Source of the DNA: an uncultured Mycoplasmatota bacterium
GTDB taxonomy: Bacteria; Bacillota_I; Bacilli_A; RF39; UBA660
Assembly: GCA_900546275.1 (NCBI GenBank)
Contig: URCH01000005.1
Coordinates: 7,828 to 71,827, forward strand
DNA: 64,000 nucleotides
Reading direction: 5' to 3'
Part shown: in pieces, positions 37,601 through 43,348 of the stretch
Layout: each line of letters opens with the position of its first letter
Position numbering within the stretch: the stretch's first letter is position 1
Notes under the pieces: model-generated
Seen by the model: the letters and a program-made list of their open reading frames with translations, nothing else
What the model was told of the DNA's origin: nothing
Database searches by the model: none
Translations under genes and position numbers: made by a program

Positions 37601-38364
37601 CAGTAAAAAATTATAAAATAACTTATACAAAAACAGCTTCAACAAATGCATATTTAAGTAACATAATAGTAAGTAAAGGAAATTTATCATTCAACAAAAA
37701 TACTTTTGCTTATACTGTAAATGTTGATAGAACAGTTTCTTCAATAGATGTAACTGCAATGACTGAAGATAGTACAGCTATCATGAAAATAAATGGAGTG
37801 ACATATACATCTCCACATACAATAACTATTTCTCCACTTGATGCTGGTACAACTGAATTAATAATTTTGAATACAGCTCAAAATGGTACTGTACTAACAT
37901 ATAGAGTAACTATCATAAAAGAAGCAGATCCTGCAAGTACAATAACATCAAATGTTTTTGGTCATAAAATAGCTAATGGTTATATAAAAACTGTTAAACT
38001 TGGAATAACTGGATTAGACTTAAAAAATCAATTAGATAATGAAAATAAATATCTTGAGATTTGGTCTTCTGATGAAACAAGAAAAATAAATGACAATGAT
38101 ACCTTAGCTACAGGAATGATAGTTAAATTAATAATAGATAATGAAGAAAAAGATAGAAAATATATTGTAATTAAAGGTGATACATCTGGTGATGGTGAAA
38201 TAGACTTATTTGATGCAGTAAAAATCTTAAATCATTATTTAGTTCGTACATTATTAGATGGTGCATATAAAGAAGCAGCATATGTAAACGATGATACAGA
38301 AATAGATTTATTTGACTCAGTAATGATTTTAAATCATTATTTAGGAAGAATATCATTACACTAG
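31657..38364 (+). CDS. 2235-aa secreted adaptor-like protein: N-terminal cohesin-like module, about 20 cadherin-like repeats, C-terminal dockerin
   Basis: Signal peptide ..CFTNAKA/DT. Repeats end in ..VYTLNVYR, ..YKIKVYR, ..YTIKINR and similar. The stop TAG is embedded in the next gene's TAGGAGG RBS. Confidence 0.9.
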   Translation: MKNDKKYFKHICSLFILFITICFTNAKADTAHNLNIKMIKCDESKYNSFATQNDYKSCYNDYVSGKLSSYVINTGDEVDTGTVILTILNYTPGSPQVITSINTRLNIDTDVLTPIVKTNGSLLYYQTTYWPEDSNYSTSFNYNSTSGIIGGSFVDSEDVPLTEETELLYFFLKINDSATGTIPIEFSKKPGDNDMTDFDGNQYEFTTTDANVKIPGESLSHDASLGTLTVTNGSTTYPLSPEFVSGSVDNKSYTAVVPNDIEYINLNATANHSKASILSGILGKNNINVGENSFTITVTSEFGNIEVYTLNVYRLSNDATLSSINLTNGISFGNLISGTYSYSTTIPYAITSTSVSATPTHANAYVDSGLGTWNLSNSGTLSNNKVLVVKAENCLSKYSSVPGNSCTSQNYNLTINRQAASDNSYLKSLTVDGVSVSDFNKTKQEYDLGTVANNKSSMLLNGLVDDTGKASVSGLGTVNLNIGENNFTITVTAEDKSTREYKIKVYRLSNENKLSSLTITSSPQATMSPAFTSTFNGTYTYNYDATVTDITVSATVLDTGKASVSIYDLEKGESSSSATLNTQSKTFGIETKNVYVVVTAEDGTVNTYTIDLTRTKSSDNSLKSLIIDNGTLTPSFNSTTRTYTAEVEGNVTSINVNAIPNSLYGKIKSITGNTNLNFGNNQIEIIVEAENGNTASYIINVTRKQYDISTLDDIKIDGVSIENFNKDTKEYDLKTVNFEKDSINIETTKSNSYATVSGDGLVSLKTGDNKIVITVTAQNGIDKSEYVLNLYREKNNDTSISNLKVKGIEAKNTDVGIYEVTVPNDVTILTPSDVIFDYPSDATIVKSQTLTLLTTEVNDYRFKVIAEDSTEQEYSIKVTRTASNDSSLNKVTLIIGNDDSRYCLMDSDNTCRIEVPVDTLQFTLETDIASTASVVPSDDTVHSMPASESSKSITLTVTAEDGTTTVYTVNVERQKSSNANLSDLKVNGQTIEGFNSSKQTYEISVPGTIDKALIEATVEDTDKAVITTDLSNQFDLEFDKQNKIEISVQAENKTVKTYTIYITRNHRQDITLKDLTINGVTISDFTSTKDEYTLSELPYNTHQLNIVATPNDELATKTGDGLVRINTGNNDITITVYAHDTSIYHDYVIHVSRKLNDDAGIKEISLSGNKATYNSSTKKYEVTVPNNIEEVNASNLIVNVNDPITSSDKKATVAFDTTPILTTSTNDITIKVTAEDGTVKDYILSVTRTKSNIATLDSLTVTNGSFNPSFSKDTFEYSVTVPVETTEFNVSGVTTESHANITSGVGHYTMTESSTRVEVVVVSEDLSVTNTYILNITRTKSSVNTLSDITVSEGTLTPTFASNKTSYTVNVAGDIDSIEIGATLTDSRAKILSGTGTHQLNVGSNTITIEVESESGAKQNYTINVIRAKKLNNNLATLKVDGISVKDFDKDTLEYTLDDVLYSKTSIDISATAEDEDATIEGVGTKGLKTGLNEFNIVVTAQNGDKKTYTIKINRAKNDNANLSLLAVSGYVLVPTFDSEIYDYEVTVDAIKEKLLASEVTAEPEDSNATVEKPEEISLSTTNDNYYIIKVTAENGNVKTYTIKVIRPKSSDATIKEVKLTGATISPTFTPNNKDYVLTVPYGKTDFRVEAIANVKTTTITGNGNYKLSDGKVIITSQAEDGTVLVYNFTIVEALSNDATLSDLNVSGYPLDKTFYSTTLNYSIGDLPYGTTQLRINATPNNALSTIEYYVDGVKQESNIVNIPEILGSKTISVKVLANDKVTTQTYNISYNIVASDNSYLSKLVSSVGTIDFIKTNSNYNITVDNEITSVDLTLETEDKNATITVNGATSFTPKTVTISDLNIGNNSISILVTAQNATTRTYNLVIKRLDKQASNDAYLSSLSVDGYEFDKEFTMNQEEYSIGQIPFETDKLTVNATANMGTSKISYLVNGIKQDSNVVTIPKIEGTSAIVVQVTAEDGKTVKNYKITYTKTASTNAYLSNIIVSKGNLSFNKNTFAYTVNVDRTVSSIDVTAMTEDSTAIMKINGVTYTSPHTITISPLDAGTTELIILNTAQNGTVLTYRVTIIKEADPASTITSNVFGHKIANGYIKTVKLGITGLDLKNQLDNENKYLEIWSSDETRKINDNDTLATGMIVKLIIDNEEKDRKYIVIKGDTSGDGEIDLFDAVKILNHYLVRTLLDGAYKEAAYVNDDTEIDLFDSVMILNHYLGRISLH
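31741..32299 (+). other. Cohesin-like N-terminal module of the adaptor (tentative)
   Basis: Beta-rich module of about 185 aa with a cohesin-like pattern (..GTVILTILNY.., ..TEETELLYFFLKINDSATGTIPIEFS.., ..YEFTTTDANVKI). Weaker match than the two anchor cohesins. Confidence 0.45.
38173..38352 (+). other. Dockerin module of the adaptor
   Basis: Duplicated segments DTSGDGEIDLFDAVKILNHYLVR and NDDTEIDLFDSVMILNHYLGR. Confidence 0.85.
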
Positions 38365-38374
38365 GAGGTAAAGA

Positions 38375-40540
38375 ATGAAAAATAAAAAAAGTACAAAAAT
38401 ATTAATGACGTTAATTATCAGTCTTTCAACATTCTTTTATACGTCAATCGCAAAAGCTGCAACAGCTACTGTTGGATTCGATGGAAATTCAACAGTAAGT
38501 GTTGGTAGCAATATTACTATAAAAATGTATGTTACAGGAGGTAGTAATATAGATGGTGGAATAGTAAGTGTAGGTGGTAATTTAACATTTGATTCAAATT
38601 ATTTAGAATATGTATCTGCAAAAGGTATTCAAACTCCATATGCATTTCAAATTAACACAAATGCAAATTACATTATAGCCGGCTTAGATACTACATTATC
38701 AAATGGAATAACTTCGAAAACACAAGTGCTTACTATAACATTTAAAGCAAAGAAAAAAGGAACAACGCAGGTAAGTCTTACTAATGCAAAACTTAGCGAT
38801 GTTTCATCAAAACTTTCAACAACAGTTGTTCCAAAAACAATAACTATAAATGATTCTAGTACAATTGTAGATCCAGGTAATACTAAAAGTAGTGATGCAA
38901 CATTAAAAAGTTTATCAGCAAGAGGTTATACATTAAGCCCATCATTTAATCCAAATACTACTAGTTATACTATAAAGGTACCAAATGATGTAAGTACTGT
39001 AAAATTAGATGGTAGTGTAAATAATAGTAATGCTAAAGTAAGTGGGCTTGGTAATATAAGTTTAACTGGGGATACAACAACTGCTACTATAAAAGTAACA
39101 GCAGAAGATGGAACAGTTAAAACTTATACAGTTAAAATAGAAAAAGAAAGTAAATCTACGGTTGAAAAAAGTAGTGATGCAACATTAAAAAAATTGGATG
39201 TAAGTGGATATACACTAACTCCTACATTTTCAAAAAATGTAACAACTTATTCAATGAAAGTAAAAAACAATATTACAGCACTAAATGTAACAGCTATTGC
39301 TAATGATAAAAATGCTACTGTTTCAATTTCTGGAAATAAAAATTGGAAAGAAGGAAATAACACAATTACAATTCGTGTAACTGCTGAGGATGGTAGTGTT
39401 AATACATATATTGTAAATGTAGAAAGAGAAGTATCTAGTAGTAGTACAGTTGTAGCTACTAAATCTAGTGATAATTATTTAAAAAAACTAATAATTAATT
39501 CACCATATGAATCTGATCAAGAATTTGATAAAAATATAAATAATTATAATATAACTGTACCAAATGAAGTAGAAAAATTAGATATTAAAGCTATTGCAAA
39601 TAACACAAAATCAAAAGTAGAAATAACAGGAAATGAAGATTTTAAAGTTGGAAAAGTAAATGTAGTTGAAATTAAAGTAACAGCAGAAGATGGTAGTGTA
39701 AGAATTTATTCATTAAATGTAACACGTAGTATTGTAACAAGTGAAACAGATTTAAAAAATATTGAAATAGATGGTACTTCAATAAATCCTAAATTTGATC
39801 CAAATACTTTAGAATATACTACAAATGTTGATTCAAAAACAGATAAATTAGATATTAAAGCAACACCAAGTAACAGTGATAGTAAAGTAGAAATAATAGG
39901 AAACGAAAACTTAAAAGAAGGACACAATACAGTATTGATTAAAGTTACAGATAAAGAAGGTTTTGTTAAATATTATACAATTGATGTCGTAAAAGAAGCT
40001 TCTAAAACAGCAACTTCTAATTCAACATTGTTTGGATTAACTCCACTACAATTTGGATTTATGTTAGGATTATTAAGTTTAATATTACTATTAATAATTC
40101 TAATAATAGTTTTATCTCGTAAAAAGAAAGAGCAAGAATCAAAAATCGCACCAGTTATAGAAGTTAAACCAGAATTTAACTTTGGCTCTAAAAATTCAGA
40201 TGATGATGTAATCCATGGTGATTATAATCAAAATAGTGATATAGATAATAAGGATACAACCCCAAAATCTATACCGGAGCCAAAAATTAATGTGTATGAC
40301 GCTGATTATGAGGATAATCTTCCATATGATCCATATGATGAAATAGTTACAAAAAGAGAAGTAATTGATGCCATACATGAAGCGATGAAAACAAAAGATC
40401 CTTCAAAATTAAAGATGTTATTGCAACAAGATGCTTTGAATCAAGCAAAAAAAGAACTAAAGCAAAAAGAAGAAATGAATCAAAATAATGAATTAAATTC
40501 AGAGGAAACTAAAGAACAAATCGATGATGAATGGAGGTAA
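38375..40540 (+). CDS. Membrane-anchored cohesin protein A (signal peptide, cohesin, 4 cadherin-like repeats, TM helix, about 140-aa acidic cytoplasmic tail)
   Basis: RBS TAGGAGGT. Signal peptide ..TSIAKA/AT. TM FGFMLGLLSLILLLIILIIVLS (about 40051-40118), then RKKK stop-transfer and a D/E/K-rich tail with a coiled-coil-like end. Confidence 0.88.
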   Translation: MKNKKSTKILMTLIISLSTFFYTSIAKAATATVGFDGNSTVSVGSNITIKMYVTGGSNIDGGIVSVGGNLTFDSNYLEYVSAKGIQTPYAFQINTNANYIIAGLDTTLSNGITSKTQVLTITFKAKKKGTTQVSLTNAKLSDVSSKLSTTVVPKTITINDSSTIVDPGNTKSSDATLKSLSARGYTLSPSFNPNTTSYTIKVPNDVSTVKLDGSVNNSNAKVSGLGNISLTGDTTTATIKVTAEDGTVKTYTVKIEKESKSTVEKSSDATLKKLDVSGYTLTPTFSKNVTTYSMKVKNNITALNVTAIANDKNATVSISGNKNWKEGNNTITIRVTAEDGSVNTYIVNVEREVSSSSTVVATKSSDNYLKKLIINSPYESDQEFDKNINNYNITVPNEVEKLDIKAIANNTKSKVEITGNEDFKVGKVNVVEIKVTAEDGSVRIYSLNVTRSIVTSETDLKNIEIDGTSINPKFDPNTLEYTTNVDSKTDKLDIKATPSNSDSKVEIIGNENLKEGHNTVLIKVTDKEGFVKYYTIDVVKEASKTATSNSTLFGLTPLQFGFMLGLLSLILLLIILIIVLSRKKKEQESKIAPVIEVKPEFNFGSKNSDDDVIHGDYNQNSDIDNKDTTPKSIPEPKINVYDADYEDNLPYDPYDEIVTKREVIDAIHEAMKTKDPSKLKMLLQQDALNQAKKELKQKEEMNQNNELNSEETKEQIDDEWR
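38459..38864 (+). other. Cohesin module of anchor A
   Basis: ATATVGFDGNSTVSVGSNITIKMYV..GGNLTFDSNYLEYVSAKG..VLTITFKAKKKGTTQVSLTNAKLSD fits the cohesin pattern (bait strand, the YD..LE-type strand, the ..itFkak..G.. strand). Confidence 0.8.
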
Positions 40541-40545
40541 GGAAT

Positions 40546-42225
40546 ATGAAAAATATATTAAATAAAAAAATCAATTTTCTTATTCTTTCCTTCTTTCTTT
40601 TTTTGTTTCCAGTACTAACTGCTAAAGCAGATGGAACTGCAACAACAGGAATAAGTGGAAATAGTAGTGTATATGTTGGAAAAACAATAGATGTAGTATT
40701 ATACGTTTCAACTAACGCACCAATAGCGGCATTTCAAGGAACTTTAAAATATGATACTTCAAAACTAGAACTTGTTAGTCAGACGTCATTGGCACCATAT
40801 GAAATATCCTTAAATGGCTTTGTTATTGGAGGACTAGATTTAAGTGGAAATTCAGCAATAAATGGAAAGAAAAATTTATTAAAACTAAGATTTAAGGCTA
40901 AGACTGTTGGAAACACCACTATTACTTTTTCAGGCCCAAAACAGCCAGGAATCAATAACACCTCAGTTTCAACTTCTGGGGCAAGTAAAACCATTAGTAT
41001 TACCAATCCACCTAGTACAAATAATAATTTAAGTAGTTTATCTGTAAGTAATGGAAGTATTAATTTTAATAAAAATACAACAAGTTATAATATATCTGTA
41101 GATACAAATGTTACAAGTATAAAAATATCTGCCACTGCTGAAGATAAAGGAGCTAGTGTCTCTGGAACTGGTACAAAGAATTTAGGTTATGGTAATAATA
41201 AATTTAGTATAATTGTAACAGCTCCATCTGGAGATAAAAAAACATATACAATTACGGTAAATAGAAAAGATAATCGTAGTAGCAACAATAAATTATCAAG
41301 CTTAAGTGTTGATGGCGCTGAATTAAGTCCTAAATTTAATTCAAATACAAAAAGTTATACTGTATCTGTTCCTTTTAGTATTTCAAGTTTAAAAATAAAT
41401 GCAAAAGCAGATGATTCAAAATCAAAAGTAAGTATTTCTAATACAAGTATAAATGCAGAGGAAACAAAGGATATTAATATAACAGTAACAGCAGAAAATG
41501 GTAGTACAAATACCTATGTAATACGTGCTACTAGGGGTAAGGATCCAAATAAAGTTCTTTCTAAAAATAATAATTTGTCAAGTTTAAAAGTTTCTCAAGG
41601 AATATTAAGTCCGGCATTTAAAAAAGAACAAGATAAATATATTGTGTATCTTCCATATGAAGTCGATTCAATTAAAATTGATGCAACCGTAGAAGATACT
41701 AAATATGCAACTATAAAAATTGAAGGAGCAGAAAAGTTATCCACAGGAAATAATAATTACAAAATAATTGTAACAGCAGAGGATGGTTCTACTAAAACAT
41801 ATACTGTTGTTGTATCAAGAGGATTGAATATGACTGAAGAATCTTTAAGTAGTAATGTATATTTAAAAAGTATTACATTAAAAAAAGGTTCATTAAAAGA
41901 AAATTTTAATAAAGAAGTATTTGATTATACTTATACTGGAAGTGAAATTGAAGCTGTTCCTGAAGATGATAAAAGTACAGTTAATATAATAAATAGAAAA
42001 GACAAATCAATTATTATTGTAAAATCACAATCTGGTGATATTGGAGTTTATACGTTAACTAAATATAAATCTAATTTTATAAATATCATTATTTATATAC
42101 TTTTATCTTTAACAACAATTTTAAGTGCAACAGGATGTTATTTAATGAAAAACAAATTAAAAAAAATTAACCCTGATTTGAAAAATAAAAATAAGAAAAA
42201 TAAAGTAAATATTGATAATAAATAA
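40546..42225 (+). CDS. Membrane-anchored cohesin protein B (signal peptide, cohesin, about 4 cadherin-like repeats, C-terminal TM helix, short basic tail)
   Basis: I prefer ATG 40546, 6 nt after GGAGGTAAGG, over the track start 40531. Signal peptide ..VLTAKA/DG. TM FINIIIYILLSLTTILSATGCYLM (about 42075-42147) followed by a K-rich tail. Confidence 0.88.
   Translation: MKNILNKKINFLILSFFLFLFPVLTAKADGTATTGISGNSSVYVGKTIDVVLYVSTNAPIAAFQGTLKYDTSKLELVSQTSLAPYEISLNGFVIGGLDLSGNSAINGKKNLLKLRFKAKTVGNTTITFSGPKQPGINNTSVSTSGASKTISITNPPSTNNNLSSLSVSNGSINFNKNTTSYNISVDTNVTSIKISATAEDKGASVSGTGTKNLGYGNNKFSIIVTAPSGDKKTYTITVNRKDNRSSNNKLSSLSVDGAELSPKFNSNTKSYTVSVPFSISSLKINAKADDSKSKVSISNTSINAEETKDINITVTAENGSTNTYVIRATRGKDPNKVLSKNNNLSSLKVSQGILSPAFKKEQDKYIVYLPYEVDSIKIDATVEDTKYATIKIEGAEKLSTGNNNYKIIVTAEDGSTKTYTVVVSRGLNMTEESLSSNVYLKSITLKKGSLKENFNKEVFDYTYTGSEIEAVPEDDKSTVNIINRKDKSIIIVKSQSGDIGVYTLTKYKSNFINIIIYILLSLTTILSATGCYLMKNKLKKINPDLKNKNKKNKVNIDNK
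40630..41008 (+). other. Cohesin module of anchor B
   Basis: DGTATTGISGNSSVYVGKTIDVVLYV..QGTLKYDTSKLELVSQTS..LLKLRFKAKTVGNTTITFSG. Confidence 0.8.
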
Positions 42226-42230
42226 TATCA

Positions 42231-42260
42231 ATTAGTAAGTTTAATGCTTACTAATTTTTT
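42231..42260 (+). terminator. Intrinsic terminator ending the adaptor/anchor operon
   Basis: ATTAGTAAG (42231-42239) pairs with CTTACTAAT (42247-42255), followed by a T-run to 42260. Confidence 0.7.
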
Positions 42261-42287
42261 TGACAATTATTTAAATTATGATATAAT
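42260..42287 (+). promoter_or_regulatory. Sigma-A-type promoter of the HA-domain gene
   Basis: TTGACA (42260-42265), 16-nt spacer, TATAAT (42282-42287). It lies inside the track ORF, which argues for the downstream start at 42313. Confidence 0.6.
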
Positions 42288-42312
42288 ACATAGCATTCAA
42301 AGAAGGTATACT

Positions 42313-43248
42313 ATGAAAAATAATATAAAAGAAAGTTGGATGCATAAATATAGTTTAGCCAAAGCTTATTTTGAATATCATGGAAATTTAGAAATTTCAC
42401 AAAGTTATAAAACACTTAATGGGTATGAATATTCTGAAGAAGGAATAGCATTAGGAACATGGATAACAAATCAACGCCAAGCATATAAAGGAATGGGAAA
42501 TTGTAAAATAACAGAAGAACAGATAAATTTGTTAGAAGAAATAGGAATGCGCTTTGAAACTAATTATAAAGAAAAAGAATGGAATAAAAAATATGAATTA
42601 GCTAAGACTTATTTTGAGCACAACAGAAATTTAGAAATTCCGCAAAGTTATAAAACATTAAATGGATATGAATATACAGAAGGCGGAATAGCTTTAGGGA
42701 CATGGCTAAATACTCAACGTCAAGCATATAAAAATCAAGGTATTTATAAAATAACCGAAGAACAAATCAAATTATTAGAAGAAATAGGAATGCACTTTGA
42801 AACACGTGATAATAATGAAGAATGGAATAAAAAATATGAACTAGCTAAGGCTTATTTTGAACATCATGGAAATTTAGAAATTCCACAAAGTTATAAAACA
42901 TTAAATGGATATGAATATGCAGAAGGCGGAATAGCTTTAGGGGTGTGGGTAATAACTCAACGTCAAGCATATAAAGGACAGGGTACCAATAAAATAACAG
43001 AAATTCAAATTAAACTATTAGAAGAAATAAGAATGAAATGGTTTTTAAAAATTGGAACTGATAAAAAAAATCAGGAAGAAATAATAACAGAAAAAAATAG
43101 TAAAAGAAAACAAATAGAAATGTTAAATAGAGTAAGAACATATTTAAATACACTAGATGAAAGCGAAGTATTATCAAAAAAAGAAATTAATCAAGGAATG
43201 ATGGATGTATTAAATAATAAAATAAAACGTTTAAAAATAAAAAAATAG
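42313..43248 (+). CDS. Protein made of three tandem helicase-associated (HA) domains plus a basic C-terminal tail
   Basis: Three approximately 80-aa repeats: W..KY.LAK.YFE.HGNLEI.QSYKTLNGYEY.E.GIALG.W...QRQAYK..G..KITEEQI.LLEEIGM.FE. Start moved to ATG 42313 (RBS AGAAGG). Confidence 0.7.
   Translation: MKNNIKESWMHKYSLAKAYFEYHGNLEISQSYKTLNGYEYSEEGIALGTWITNQRQAYKGMGNCKITEEQINLLEEIGMRFETNYKEKEWNKKYELAKTYFEHNRNLEIPQSYKTLNGYEYTEGGIALGTWLNTQRQAYKNQGIYKITEEQIKLLEEIGMHFETRDNNEEWNKKYELAKAYFEHHGNLEIPQSYKTLNGYEYAEGGIALGVWVITQRQAYKGQGTNKITEIQIKLLEEIRMKWFLKIGTDKKNQEEIITEKNSKRKQIEMLNRVRTYLNTLDESEVLSKKEINQGMMDVLNNKIKRLKIKK
42331..43045 (+). repeat. Three tandem DNA repeats of about 240 bp encoding the HA domains
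   Basis: Repeat units begin near 42331, 42571 and 42814. Long near-identical stretches, e.g. caaagttataaaaca(c/t)t(t/a)aatgg(g/a)tatgaatat. Confidence 0.8.
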
Positions 43249-43348
43249 TGAATAGCAAGCTTTTAAAGTTTGCTTTTTTAGGTTAATTAATACAATTTGA
43301 CAATTAAATATGTTTTTGATAGAATACTCAAGAAAAAGAGGGGATTTT

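Noticed and set aside
21554-38172. A regular periodicity of about 255 nt, considered as a possible CRISPR array or satellite
   Set aside because: The repeats are in-frame protein domains inside long ORFs. The period is far longer than CRISPR repeat-spacer units, the copies are diverged at the DNA level, and no cas genes are present.
40531-40545. Track start codons at 40531, 42244, 43310, 45329, 50528, 53814, 60973 and 63905
   Set aside because: In each case the upstream start either lies inside the Shine-Dalgarno sequence or promoter of a better downstream ATG, or adds residues ahead of an obvious signal peptide or N-terminus. The downstream starts with proper RBS spacing were preferred, but this has not been verified experimentally.
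16972-42225. Cellulosome interpretation of the cohesin-dockerin genes
   Set aside because: None of the four ORFs contains a recognisable glycoside hydrolase, carbohydrate esterase, CBM or SLH module. Apart from the signal peptides, the transmembrane helices and anchor A's cytoplasmic tail, all sequence is accounted for by glycine-rich, cadherin-like, Ig-like, cohesin and dockerin modules.
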